A stretch of DNA of 64,000 bases. Origin: an uncultured virus (IMG/VR IMGVR_UViG_3300025154_000083). Lineage: Duplodnaviria; Heunggongvirae; Uroviricota; Caudoviricetes. Both the position numbers and the translations under genes were made by a program. The stretch is from the IMG/VR virus record IMGVR_UViG_3300025154_000083, positions 1-64,000 of that record; one strand, 5' to 3'. Numbering within the stretch: position 1 is the stretch's first letter; the number at the start of each line of letters is the position of its first letter. Below, piece after piece: positions 1 to 10,006 of this stretch. Under the pieces are notes generated by a model. It saw only the letters and a program-made list of their open reading frames with translations, ran no database searches and was not told the origin of the DNA.

Positions 1-469
1 TACCAGCGGGGCGCCCATCGCCATCGACAAGACCAACATCCTGGACCACATCATCCACATGGGAACGGTCCTCGATGAGCAGAACATCCCGGATGACGGC
101 GGGTGGTGGGTCCTTCTTCCGCCCATTTTCGAGAACATGCTGAAGCGATCGGACATAAAGGACGCTTCCCTTACCGGCGACTCCATGTCCACCCTCCGAA
201 ACGGCGGCCGCGTGGGCAAGATAGATCGCTTTTCTCTTTTCAAAACCAACAACGTCCCCTACGTCGCGGACGGCTCCGGTGTCACGGCCTACTACATCAT
301 GGCCGGCCACAAGATGGGACTCACCTTCGCCATGCAGGTGGAGAAGTCAGAGGCCATCCCCAGCCCCACCACATTCGGCAAGCTCATGCGCGGTTACGCC
401 GTGTACGGCTTCGAGGTGGTGCGGCCCGAGGCCATTTCGCTCCTGTACGCCAATGCGGTGTTGACGTAG
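1..469 (+). CDS. Major capsid protein, C-terminal part (5' truncated by window edge)
   Basis: Frame open from base 2 (TSGAPIAIDKTNILDHIIHMGTVLDEQNIP...). Motifs LDEQNIPDDG.W and FGKLMRGYAVYGFEVVRPEA are typical of podoviral HK97-fold capsid C-termini. Confidence 0.85.
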   Translation, partial: TSGAPIAIDKTNILDHIIHMGTVLDEQNIPDDGGWWVLLPPIFENMLKRSDIKDASLTGDSMSTLRNGGRVGKIDRFSLFKTNNVPYVADGSGVTAYYIMAGHKMGLTFAMQVEKSEAIPSPTTFGKLMRGYAVYGFEVVRPEAISLLYANAVLT

Positions 470-494
470 GAGATCGCAGGATCGAGAACAGTAT

Positions 495-541
495 GCCTTG
501 AAGGAGAGGAGGCAGCAACCCGTGCCCCTCCCATTCAAGGC
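495..541 (+). terminator. Inverted repeat after capsid gene, probable terminator
   Basis: GCCTTGAAGGAGAGG...CCCTCCCATTCAAGGC followed by a T-rich tract. Confidence 0.5.
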
Positions 542-606
542 ATACTTCATTTTTCATCATTTTCACCATCCTACCATCCAACTACCTTTAAGGAGGTATA
601 TCAATC

Positions 607-1101
607 ATGTCCAATTACGATGTAAGAGCAACCGCCTTGAATGGGCTTGGAGGCACTTCCTTTAGTGTCCCGGCCTACGGCAATTCCTTGCGCTCGGTGG
701 CGTACAAGAGATTCAGCTTTGCGGACCTCGTTACGGCCCCGGTGCAAAATGATGTTGTCGTTTTCATGACCATCCAGGCCAAGAGCCGGGTTCATAGCGC
801 AAACCTCGTCGTGGTGACCCCGGAAGGAGAAGCGTCCACCATTCACATTGGAGACTATTCCGACCTCGTGGGCTCAGCCGTAGATGCTGATGGCTGGCTG
901 AAAGCCGTCTCCATCAATGGCGTGGCCGGAACTGGTGGTGGTACGGGCGGAAATACGGAAGCCTACGGAGCGGCAGGCGGGAAGTTTTATGCCGCCGAAG
1001 CCTATATGGCCATCACCTGTCCCGACAACCTCACGTACAATACGGCAGTCGTGGATATCTGGATTGACATCACCAAGTATTACGACGAGGAAGGCGATTA
1101 A
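607..1101 (+). CDS. Putative capsid decoration/cement protein
   Basis: 164 aa, strong RBS AAGGAGG, directly after the capsid gene, beta-rich. Confidence 0.55.
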   Translation: MSNYDVRATALNGLGGTSFSVPAYGNSLRSVAYKRFSFADLVTAPVQNDVVVFMTIQAKSRVHSANLVVVTPEGEASTIHIGDYSDLVGSAVDADGWLKAVSINGVAGTGGGTGGNTEAYGAAGGKFYAAEAYMAITCPDNLTYNTAVVDIWIDITKYYDEEGD

Positions 1102-1274
1102 GATTCAGCATTTCAGGACATGACGAAGCATTGGCCTGGAAGGGGAGATGGCAGGCCCCACCTAAACGTGGCCACTTTTCTTCCAGGCATTCATCACATT
1201 CACCGTCATCACTACCATTTCTACCACCCCACATCGAAGCGTAAAATGCGGGAGAAAGGCAGGACAGCACAACC

Positions 1275-1946
1275 ATGAAGTCGAAACCCATGAAGCCGAA
1301 GCCGAGAAACAAGCCACTCTTTTTGCAGCAAAAAACCACCGGGAGAGTTTTCCCGTACACCGCGGAGCTCGAACAATACCGAACCGACATGGTTCCGTTT
1401 TGGGGAACCCAGGAAGAGGCGAATGCAGCAAATGAGCGGATCCGGCTGGACAGGGCCAGGAAGAGAAATGCCGCGGCCGTCGGGGTTGGGCTCACTCAGC
1501 CGGTCACTCAGTCCGCAGATCCTGCCCCGCCTGTTGAAATGTCTCCCCCCTTCGCGGACCTCTTGCCGGCCGGGGCACTCGGGCCTCCCGAGGCAATACC
1601 TCCTTTATCCTCGAAGGGCGGGCTCCTTTCTTCCGGGGTCATCGTGGAGACTGATGAACAATCACCTCCAGTGATGCTTGCCAAGGGTGATTTTCTTTTG
1701 GAGCAACAGGCACTGGATGATGTAGATTTCGCGGAGCAAGTCACCTCTTCCAAACGAGGCATGGAATACCTGAAAACCATCGAAGGCGATATGTCAAAGC
1801 TCCGCGAGTACGGCCGGGAGAATTTCAACGTGAAGTTTCCCCCGAGCACGACCATGGATGTGATTTTCAAGGAGCTTGTTCTTATGGAGGCCGCAGGTCC
1901 CATGGAAACCATCGAGCTTGACGGCCCCGTTGACCCGCAGGAATAA
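1275..1946 (+). CDS. Hypothetical protein
   Basis: 223-aa ORF with RBS AGGA, co-oriented in the structural operon. Confidence 0.7.
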   Translation: MKSKPMKPKPRNKPLFLQQKTTGRVFPYTAELEQYRTDMVPFWGTQEEANAANERIRLDRARKRNAAAVGVGLTQPVTQSADPAPPVEMSPPFADLLPAGALGPPEAIPPLSSKGGLLSSGVIVETDEQSPPVMLAKGDFLLEQQALDDVDFAEQVTSSKRGMEYLKTIEGDMSKLREYGRENFNVKFPPSTTMDVIFKELVLMEAAGPMETIELDGPVDPQE

Positions 1947-1994
1947 AGAGCATCTCAATTTAGTATTCCCTCCACCCTTCAAAGGAGCATTGCC

Positions 1995-2675
1995 GTGGCG
2001 CTGACCGCATACGATTTCATATCCCAGGAGTCCAGGATTGTTGACGAGCTTCAGGAAGAGACAGATCGAGTTCGTTATACCCAACCTATGCTCTTGCGGT
2101 ATCTGAATGAATCCCAGCGCTTCATAGTATCTCTGCGCCCCGACGCCACGGCAACACCCAAGAGCATGCAATGTGCCCCCGGAACCAAGCAGGTCATCCC
2201 CACTGGGGACGTTCGACTCATCGAAGTGATCAGGAACATGGGGAGCGACGGCTTGACACCAGGACGTCCCATCATAAAGACCGACAAGGCGACGCTCGAC
2301 AGGTACAGCTACGCTTTGAGCTGGCACACCGAGGCCGCTTCTACCGTGATTCGGGAGTATGTCTTTGACGAAAGGTTTCCAAGGCATTTTTATGTGACGC
2401 CTCCGGTTCACGCCGCGACCCCCGCCTATGCCGAGATCGTAGTTGCCGCGGCCCCGGTTGATTGCACTGGAGAGACGAGCGAGATCGGGATTCCGGATAT
2501 TTACCAGACCGCGCTGAACGAAGCCATTCTTTGGATGGCATTCTCCATGGATATAGACAGCGCCGCGAATCAGGCAAGGGCGGCGTTTCATTTGCAGCAT
2601 CTGTATCAGGTGCTTGGTGTCAAGATGCAGGCTGATAGCTGGGCGAATCCTCGAGTGCGGAGGCCGGCGGCGTAG
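1995..2675 (+). CDS. Head-tail adaptor protein (DUF6682-like)
   Basis: RBS AAAGGAG. Motif ELQEE..RVRYT..MLLRYLNESQR.IV.LRPDA resembles podoviral adaptors. Confidence 0.7.
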   Translation: MALTAYDFISQESRIVDELQEETDRVRYTQPMLLRYLNESQRFIVSLRPDATATPKSMQCAPGTKQVIPTGDVRLIEVIRNMGSDGLTPGRPIIKTDKATLDRYSYALSWHTEAASTVIREYVFDERFPRHFYVTPPVHAATPAYAEIVVAAAPVDCTGETSEIGIPDIYQTALNEAILWMAFSMDIDSAANQARAAFHLQHLYQVLGVKMQADSWANPRVRRPAA

Positions 2676-2751
2676 GACCAGTGGTGTGGGGCTAGTGGTG
2701 TAGAGAAAGGCCAGCGGTGTGATGACGGGAATGAAAACAGAGATAGGTGCA

Positions 2752-5700
2752 ATGATGACGATGAAAATGAAAAGCTCAACTCCAAGAATCCTTTCCTTTG
2801 TTCTGGTGGCCGCATTTCTGTTGCCTTCTTTCTGTCTTGCTCAGACATCCACGACGGCCGGCCCTGGCAGGATAACTCCGAACACCACCATTGTTCGAAC
2901 GTTAGGTGAGCTGACTGCGGCAACCACGGATGCCAACTACGGAATATTGACTGGGAAGAGTTTCACTCTTACCGACAGCATGGAGATCCCCGTAACGAAG
3001 GTTTTCTCGCAAGCCCCCGGTGCTGTCATAGATACGAATGGGCTCTTGCTCACCATCCATAACGACGGAGAACATCCACCGAACCAGCAGCGATTCGCTA
3101 CAGGGAGTGAAGTTTCCTTTCCTGATGGCTCCACCGTGTACTCGGGATGGTTTGTTTCCTTGGTGGAAGCCGTGGATGCGCTGGGGCTTTCGCCGAATGT
3201 GAAGTTGGTGCAGAGCGAAGCTGAGACGCTTGGTGGTCCGGTGGTTATCCCTTCTGGGATGACGTTCACTGTTCTTCCCGGCGCAATACTCACCACATCG
3301 GCAGCAAATACTCTCACCTTCGCGGCGGGCTCCGTAATTGAAGACAATGGCGGGCAGATGTTCAGCAGCCTGCCCGGCGAAGTTTTGATGCCATCTGCCT
3401 TGGAAGTTCGCCCTGAGTGGTGGGGAGCTATAGTAACATACGACACTACGACCTATACCTATGCGGCCGCTAACCAAAACGCCATTTTTTGTGCGTACAA
3501 GGCACTGTCAAATACTACAGGAGCTTATTTCATAGGTGCATCGAAGGTCAAGTTCAAGGCCGGAAATTATGTGGTTGATGATGGATTCGATTTGACCGAC
3601 GCCAGCTTGAGCGGAGGGTACAGGACCATAATCTTTGAAGGCGAGGCGTGGAGGACTACATACATCACGCTGTATAATGATTCGGCTACATACCTTTTCA
3701 AGGACGACGATACCGGTAACCTTGGCCGAAGTTACGAGTTCAGGAACTTCCAATTCAAGAACACCATTGCATATTCTGCCGGGGTATCTTGGCATCCGGC
3801 GACAGCCATTCAGTTGAAGCATTGCATCAACAGCAAGTTTGAGAATCTGTATTTCAGGGAATTCACCGAAGGTATGAATCTTGACGCGAATGTTGTTGCT
3901 CCCAACGTTTACAGTTCAATCTTCAATCAGGTTATCAACTGCAAGGCCGTGTACTGTAAGCGTGGATTCACGCTCGGAAACAATAGTAACAACTGGGTCA
4001 TTTCAGACTCTGGCGCCTATGGCTGTTACTACACGGCTACTCCACTCGATGGATGGGGATGGTCGCTCTACAAGTCAAAGGGTGTGAGTTTTCTTGGGGC
4101 CAATGTCGAAGCGGGCGGAGCTTCCCCAGGATTCATCATCACGGCATCATCCGGAGTGACAATCAGCGGCGGAGACATCGAGACGTTCAGTGGTGCTCGT
4201 TCCATCTTGGTCAGAGGTGATCCTGATGGTGACTTGGCTGATATCCGGGACTGGTCTACCGGGATAGTGATCTCTGGTGTAAAGTTTTGGAATGCCCTGG
4301 GGGTTGAGGTTCGCGATGGAGTAAAAGGACTAACTCTCACAGGAAATGCGTGGACCAATAGTTACCCGGCGTCAGGACTCGCCCCGAATCCGGACTACTC
4401 TTTCCGCGTATTAAGTACCAGTAGCCCTAAATACATTCAAGGAATAGAGTACGACGACTCAAACGCATGGCATCTAGGGATAGCTCCCACGGCTCATTTG
4501 ACGGTGGGCATGAATCACGCTGTCCGCTACAACGGTCAGTCCTGGAAGTCGGCGGCCAACGCGCCCAACACGGCTTATGGTACGTGGAAGCAGGGAACTA
4601 GGGTGATGTGGACCGTCAATCCTGCGTTTTACTGGACCGTGAAAGAGTCTGGGACGCTCGGAACACTCAATACGAGCTTAACTACGGCTACCGGAACAAA
4701 TGGAGCCACATCGCTGGTACTCAGTTCGGCTACGGACGCATTTCCAGGCATGGTCGTGGATCTCACGATGGACGATGCCTCGACGCATACGGCTACCATT
4801 GGGACGTGCAACTATGACACGCTGGCTTGTTCGGTGTACCCGGCCCTTGATGCCAATATCACTGCGGGAGCAGTCGCCTATCATGCTCCCGTTTTCGTGC
4901 TCGAGGGCGAGGACAACACTTCTCAGTCCTTGGCCTATGCAACGCCTCGGTCGATTGATCTTTCTCTCGGCGGTGTGGTCCAGGTAGGAGAATTGACTGG
5001 GGACATAGAACTATCCAACCCAACGAACGGGCTAGTGGGAACCAGGTTTATTGTAGTTCTGTATGCTGATGCGACTCCGCGCAGCATCACCTACGGAACG
5101 GCATATAGGGCCGGGGCTCCGTCGAGTATTGCGGCGAGTCAGTATCTCGCCCTTGAATTCATGCAAGCGGCAACGGGGGCCGGTGGGATTCGATTCATGG
5201 GTGTTCCGCTGGTTTCTAACCTTACGGACTTCGACAATCAAACCGCTTGGCGAGTGTTCTATTCCAACGGTAGCGGAGACACGACGGAATTGGCTCTTGG
5301 TGCTGACGGGACATATCTCCGTAGCAACGGGGCCGCCGCCGCTCCTACGTTTGATGTCCCGGCGTGGTTGACCGCAGCAAGCGTGAATGACGTCAACACA
5401 GGAACCAGCACGACGACAGCCGTAACCCCCGACGCCCTGGCTGGCAGCAACATCGGGACGCGCATGGTTCACCTTCTCGTGACCGCCGACGATGCCGCAC
5501 TGGTCATTGCCGATACGAGCGGGATGTTCCGAGTTCCTGCCGAGATGAACGGGATGGTTCTGGTGTCCGCTGCGGTTCAAGTCGGGACGGTCTCCAGCGC
5601 GAACAACCCGACTTTCAAGGTTGAGAAATTCAGACTTTCAGCGGCAGCCACAAGAGATGCAGCGGTACAAATGCTTTCCACCAATCTTACCATTGACGCT

Positions 5701-5862
5701 ACGGAATACGACAGCAAGGATGCCACCACGCCCGCTGTGATCTCTGCCGTGGCCGGGGCCGCAACCGTTGCGACCGGAGACACGATCACGGCGTCATGCG
5801 TAACCGAAGCGGGGACCGGGACAGAAGGTGGAGCCGTGACGTTGGGATTCAGGTTGCCGTAA
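2752..5862 (+). CDS. Tail spike/fiber with pectin-lyase-like beta-helix and signal-peptide-like N-terminus
   Basis: VRPEWWGA neck motif followed by Asn/Gly-rich beta-helix rungs. N-terminus KSSTPRILSFVLVAAFLLPSFCLA-Q. Start chosen from the RBS. Confidence 0.7.
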   Translation: MMTMKMKSSTPRILSFVLVAAFLLPSFCLAQTSTTAGPGRITPNTTIVRTLGELTAATTDANYGILTGKSFTLTDSMEIPVTKVFSQAPGAVIDTNGLLLTIHNDGEHPPNQQRFATGSEVSFPDGSTVYSGWFVSLVEAVDALGLSPNVKLVQSEAETLGGPVVIPSGMTFTVLPGAILTTSAANTLTFAAGSVIEDNGGQMFSSLPGEVLMPSALEVRPEWWGAIVTYDTTTYTYAAANQNAIFCAYKALSNTTGAYFIGASKVKFKAGNYVVDDGFDLTDASLSGGYRTIIFEGEAWRTTYITLYNDSATYLFKDDDTGNLGRSYEFRNFQFKNTIAYSAGVSWHPATAIQLKHCINSKFENLYFREFTEGMNLDANVVAPNVYSSIFNQVINCKAVYCKRGFTLGNNSNNWVISDSGAYGCYYTATPLDGWGWSLYKSKGVSFLGANVEAGGASPGFIITASSGVTISGGDIETFSGARSILVRGDPDGDLADIRDWSTGIVISGVKFWNALGVEVRDGVKGLTLTGNAWTNSYPASGLAPNPDYSFRVLSTSSPKYIQGIEYDDSNAWHLGIAPTAHLTVGMNHAVRYNGQSWKSAANAPNTAYGTWKQGTRVMWTVNPAFYWTVKESGTLGTLNTSLTTATGTNGATSLVLSSATDAFPGMVVDLTMDDASTHTATIGTCNYDTLACSVYPALDANITAGAVAYHAPVFVLEGEDNTSQSLAYATPRSIDLSLGGVVQVGELTGDIELSNPTNGLVGTRFIVVLYADATPRSITYGTAYRAGAPSSIAASQYLALEFMQAATGAGGIRFMGVPLVSNLTDFDNQTAWRVFYSNGSGDTTELALGADGTYLRSNGAAAAPTFDVPAWLTAASVNDVNTGTSTTTAVTPDALAGSNIGTRMVHLLVTADDAALVIADTSGMFRVPAEMNGMVLVSAAVQVGTVSSANNPTFKVEKFRLSAAATRDAAVQMLSTNLTIDATEYDSKDATTPAVISAVAGAATVATGDTITASCVTEAGTGTEGGAVTLGFRLP

Positions 5863-5873
5863 GGGAGAAGATA

Positions 5874-7166
5874 ATGATCATGTTTCTGAGAATAGCATTT
5901 TGGATATTGCTTCTCGCCTTGCCGGTTCATGCCGCCGACGTTGTGGGCGAATTCGCCGAGACCGAGAATCTTGGCGGCGGACTCCGCAAGATGACGATCC
6001 ACTCTGCGCCCATAGCCTACGAGGAAGCCGGGAAGTGGAATCGGATCGAGACGAATTGGAAAGACTCGGGCGACGGTGCAAGACCACATGCCGTAACGAA
6101 GTCGAAGCTCATGACGACCATCGCCGACGACGGAATGAGGCGGATTCATCCTACGAGGGATCTGAATAAGTACATAGAAATCGGATGTCCCTACGTCAAG
6201 CCTGCTGCCAATTGGGTGAAAGTCCCGTGGTCGGGGGCGCAACGAAGCGGGAACCGGATGACCTGGACCAGGCCCGAAGCGGACATGAGTATTACCCATG
6301 CCGGACACTATCTGAAACTGGACATTGAGCTCAAGGGAGGCTACGTGCCCCCAACTGGGAAGTTCGCCTTCCCAGTTGGTATTCAGGGATTGACTCGTTC
6401 AGGTAACCAGATCCTCGACGGCGAGAAAGTCGTGATGGTGCTACGAAGGCCCGTGGCCTATGACGCCGCCAATCCGGTAGACGTGAGGGAGATCCAGTCG
6501 CAGTTTGTGAGTGTTGATGGTCAGAGTTACATCTTGTTTCTCTTGCCGGATCTTGCGGGGATGTCGAGGCCGGTGGTTGATCCTACCTTCACCTTACAGC
6601 CCGACAATTCCACATTGCATGAAGCGATGTTCCGCGATTCCGATGTTTCTAGCAACTACCAAGGAGGCATTCAGGCCGGAGAGATTAATGCCGGATCTGG
6701 AGCCGCTAGAAGTGCAATAAAACTTGATCTTTCTGGTGTTCCTAAAAGCATTAAGATAGTGTCATCGTCATTGAAACTTACGGTTTCGGGTGACTATTCT
6801 AGCAATGCCCGGACATTGAGGTTGTTTCGCCTAAAAAGAGTAGTCGTATTTAATCAGGTGACATGGACCGTATATTCCACTGCAAATAACTGGCAAACAG
6901 CAGGTGGTTTCGGTGCTAACGATTGTGAGCAAACAGACATTGGAACTGCGTCAGTGACGGCGACTCAGGCTGTCGGCAGCGTAGTCATTATCAATATCAC
7001 TCCGAATACTACGGGCGGCATGGATTTAGGAAACGGGTGGCTATTGAAGATGGATACAGAGACGGATGATCAATACATTTTCTATGCTTCGGGTGATGCC
7101 ACGCCCACGAATCGCCCCAAGCTGGAGATCACATACCGGCTACTCAATGCGGTCATTATGTTTTAA
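5874..7166 (+). CDS. DNRLRE/CBM96-like domain protein with signal peptide
   Basis: MIMFLRIAFWILLLALPVHA-A at the start. C-terminal RSAIKLDLSG..IVSSSLKL...F.ASGDA.PTNRPKLEITY. Confidence 0.65.
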   Translation: MIMFLRIAFWILLLALPVHAADVVGEFAETENLGGGLRKMTIHSAPIAYEEAGKWNRIETNWKDSGDGARPHAVTKSKLMTTIADDGMRRIHPTRDLNKYIEIGCPYVKPAANWVKVPWSGAQRSGNRMTWTRPEADMSITHAGHYLKLDIELKGGYVPPTGKFAFPVGIQGLTRSGNQILDGEKVVMVLRRPVAYDAANPVDVREIQSQFVSVDGQSYILFLLPDLAGMSRPVVDPTFTLQPDNSTLHEAMFRDSDVSSNYQGGIQAGEINAGSGAARSAIKLDLSGVPKSIKIVSSSLKLTVSGDYSSNARTLRLFRLKRVVVFNQVTWTVYSTANNWQTAGGFGANDCEQTDIGTASVTATQAVGSVVIINITPNTTGGMDLGNGWLLKMDTETDDQYIFYASGDATPTNRPKLEITYRLLNAVIMF

Positions 7167-7179
7167 GAAAGGATATTCC

Positions 7180-7899
7180 ATGCCAATTCTTTCATATTCA
7201 TGGCCGGTGACTCACTGGATGTTACCGGCAGACTGCACCGAGCTTGAGATGGATTCTCCTGGGATCATCTGCTCTCGCATCGCTCATGCCACGCCCGAGC
7301 AGAAGCAGCACTTTCGCGACAAAGGAAAGATCATCCTGCACACAGTCCCAGAAGTATCGACCCTCCTGGCTACTGACGGCGCACTCCTGGCAGCTATGAT
7401 CGAGGCCACGGAGGGGCATCCCGTGGACGGTCTGAGCCTGGATGAATTCTGCCTTGGAAAGTATACTCCTGTTCAACGAACGGCCATCAAGACCGCAATC
7501 ACGGCCTACCGGGAGAGATATCCTCACATGCTGCTCCACGCCTGGGCGGGATATTGCCTGCATGACTTCACGGATGCGCCGACGGTGAAATTGCTTTACA
7601 ACCTGTTCGATTGGGTGAGCCCTGAACTCTACATTAAGGAGGGCGATCCAATCACCATGCAGGTATTTTTGCGGCGATACAGAACACAGGTGGACTTGTC
7701 GCGCACTATGGTCGGGCTTGCAGTCCACAAAGATTACAGGATTACCGAGACCGGCTGGCTGCCGCACTTGGCCGCTCAGATCAGGCGAGTGACGGCTCTC
7801 GGGTGCGCGGGTGTGGCTATGTGGGCGCCAGTGCATTTGCGGGATAGCGGAGAGCGAAAAGCGGTGGATGTTTTGTTGTCTGGCGCAGTGGATAAATAG
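7180..7899 (+). CDS. Hypothetical protein, possible glycoside-hydrolase-like TIM barrel
   Basis: RBS AAAGGA. Alternating alpha/beta pattern with DGLSLDEF and GVAMWA motifs; the fold is an inference. Confidence 0.55.
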   Translation: MPILSYSWPVTHWMLPADCTELEMDSPGIICSRIAHATPEQKQHFRDKGKIILHTVPEVSTLLATDGALLAAMIEATEGHPVDGLSLDEFCLGKYTPVQRTAIKTAITAYRERYPHMLLHAWAGYCLHDFTDAPTVKLLYNLFDWVSPELYIKEGDPITMQVFLRRYRTQVDLSRTMVGLAVHKDYRITETGWLPHLAAQIRRVTALGCAGVAMWAPVHLRDSGERKAVDVLLSGAVDK

Positions 7900-7929
7900 A
7901 AATAGAGGAAGAGAGGGGAAGCACCTACT

Positions 7930-8526
7930 ATGGCATACAACGATTTCCGAGCATACTTTACAAGTTCCGGTGTCCCCCTAGAGGGACTGTCTCCAACAAT
8001 CACCCTGCGAGATATCTCCGACGGCTCCGTGGTCGTGAATGCGGCGGCAATGACCGAGAAGGGATCGGGGTGGTACGTCTACACCTATGCCGGATACGAC
8101 CTCTCCAAGGAATACGTCGGCTATTGCTACGCCGGCACGGATGCGGCAGATGAAGCATACAAGCCAATCGGCACCGGGGACGTAGCTCTCGCGGCTCAAA
8201 CTCTACTGACGACAGCCGTGAGTGTGAGTGCGACAGCCGGGACAGTTGCCGCCAAGCTCAACCTTGCGGCGACCGGAGGAAACCTCTCCGGGTCCGGCGC
8301 TATCTCCTGGCCGTACACCATCACGAACTCTGTTTCCGGGGCTCCCATCGCAGACGTGGATGTATGGATTTCAACGGACGAGGCCGGGAACAACGTAGTC
8401 GCATCCGGAAGAACCGACCAAACCGGGACAATTACATTCAACCTGGACGCGGGAACGGTCTATGTGTGGCGGCAGAAGAGCGGGTACAACTTCGCTCCGA
8501 ATCCCGATACCGAGGTTGTTTCTTAG
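7930..8526 (+). CDS. Putative virion protein with Ig-like/prealbumin-like beta domains
   Basis: 198 aa. Motif GAPIADVDVWI...SGRTDQTGTITFNLDAGTVYV. Confidence 0.6.
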   Translation: MAYNDFRAYFTSSGVPLEGLSPTITLRDISDGSVVVNAAAMTEKGSGWYVYTYAGYDLSKEYVGYCYAGTDAADEAYKPIGTGDVALAAQTLLTTAVSVSATAGTVAAKLNLAATGGNLSGSGAISWPYTITNSVSGAPIADVDVWISTDEAGNNVVASGRTDQTGTITFNLDAGTVYVWRQKSGYNFAPNPDTEVVS

Positions 8527-8569
8527 AATGGGAGGATGTGAACCAGTGCAGATGGAGGATAGTATATAA

Positions 8570-9247
8570 ATGGGCGGAACAGGGTCGGGAACATCAGTAA
8601 CTCCGATAGGGTCGGTATCCTTCGATCTCTTCCTTCCGGAAGTCTTGCCGCACGTCCCTGGGTGTCCGGTGGTTATAGCTCTAAATGCCATAAGGAACGC
8701 ATGTCGTGAGTTTTGCCGCATGTCAACGATATGGCGTGACTGGCTCGGCCCCCTCACCTCGGTCGTGGATCAGCCGACGTACACGCTTCTCGTGGATGCC
8801 GGAACGGAGGTCGTGGTTCCAACGAAGGTAAGGTATGACGGGAACGACATAGATGCCGCGGCTAGAGAGGTCCTCGATCATCTCCTTCCGAACTGGGAAT
8901 CAGCGGAGAGCGGGACACCCACGCAATACCTTGTCGAGACTCAAGGAACCATCAGGCTTTATGTTCCTCCCGACGAAGCGACGGCAGACATTATCGAGGT
9001 TGAGGCCGCACTCAAGCCGTCGGCTGTTGCCACGGCGGTTGGAGACGTCGTTTACAATGACTGGCTAGAAACCATCGCAGCAGGAGCCATCTCACGCCTC
9101 ATGAAAATCCCAAAGGCAGACTGGAGCGACATCAAGCTTGCCGTGTACTACGAAACGATCTTTCAAGACGGGGTAGCCATGGCGAGACATACCGTCGATG
9201 TGGGCCATGTCAAGCGATCCAGGCAGGCCAAGATGATGCGGTGGTAA
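8570..9247 (+). CDS. Phage adaptor/tail tubular protein
   Basis: FLPEVLPHVPGCP...NAIRNACREFC and IAAGAISRLMKIP..WSD motifs of podoviral tail proteins. Confidence 0.7.
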   Translation: MGGTGSGTSVTPIGSVSFDLFLPEVLPHVPGCPVVIALNAIRNACREFCRMSTIWRDWLGPLTSVVDQPTYTLLVDAGTEVVVPTKVRYDGNDIDAAAREVLDHLLPNWESAESGTPTQYLVETQGTIRLYVPPDEATADIIEVEAALKPSAVATAVGDVVYNDWLETIAAGAISRLMKIPKADWSDIKLAVYYETIFQDGVAMARHTVDVGHVKRSRQAKMMRW

Positions 9248-9339
9248 CGAAAACCATGATCCATCATTTTTAATTTCACCATCAACACCATCACCACAAC
9301 CACTACTGCCCCTCCCTTCAAAGCAAAGGACAACATTCA

Positions 9340-9900
9340 ATGCCAAAGACACGATTCAAAAACTTTGCGGTATCCACCCTTCTGAACGCCATAACGAGAT
9401 CGGCGGCAAGCCTTCAATGCCAGTCCGGAGACGCAAGTAAGTTCTATGCCATAGGCTCGGGCGAAATCATGTGGATCACCCTGGAAGACGAGGATGGCAA
9501 CAGGGAGATCATGAAATGCACCGCAAGGACGAGCAACACCTTTACGGTTTCCAGGGGCCAGCAGGGCACGGAAGCCAGGGCATGGGCGGCCGGCGTATTG
9601 ATCGAAGGCAGGCTCACGGCTTCCGACCTCGACACGATCCTGCAGGGCCTTGAAGTGGAAACGAAGTCCTGGACGCCTGGAGCCATTGCAAGCGGTGCCG
9701 AGCTCGGAGTTGATATTGCAGTAGCAGAGGCCGAGCTTGGTGATTTCGTGATCGCATCGGCAAGCGTCGATCTTCAGGGCATGAAGCCGAGCTACTACAT
9801 AGAATCGGCCAACACCGCTCATTACATTCTGCGGAACGACACCGGGGCGCCCATTACCCTTGGGACATTCACCATCTATGTTCGGGTGATCAAGAAGTAG
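9340..9900 (+). CDS. Short tail-fiber attachment-domain protein
   Basis: NREIMKCTART..TFTVSRGQQGTEARAW.AG..IEGRLTA. Paralogous to the N-terminus of the 32677 ORF. Confidence 0.7.
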   Translation: MPKTRFKNFAVSTLLNAITRSAASLQCQSGDASKFYAIGSGEIMWITLEDEDGNREIMKCTARTSNTFTVSRGQQGTEARAWAAGVLIEGRLTASDLDTILQGLEVETKSWTPGAIASGAELGVDIAVAEAELGDFVIASASVDLQGMKPSYYIESANTAHYILRNDTGAPITLGTFTIYVRVIKK

Positions 9901-9940
9901 CTCGAGGCAAGAGGTAGTTCAGCGCAATAAATCCTTGATC

Positions 9941-9984
9941 GATCAATTCTTGACTGGATCAATTCTTGACTGGATCAATCCTTG
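9941..9984 (+). repeat. 16-bp direct repeat GATCAATTCTTGACTG, about 2.7 copies
   Basis: Copies at 9941, 9957 and a partial one at 9973. Confidence 0.9.
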
Positions 9985-10006
9985 GAAGGAAGGAGCACCC
10001 ACCTTC

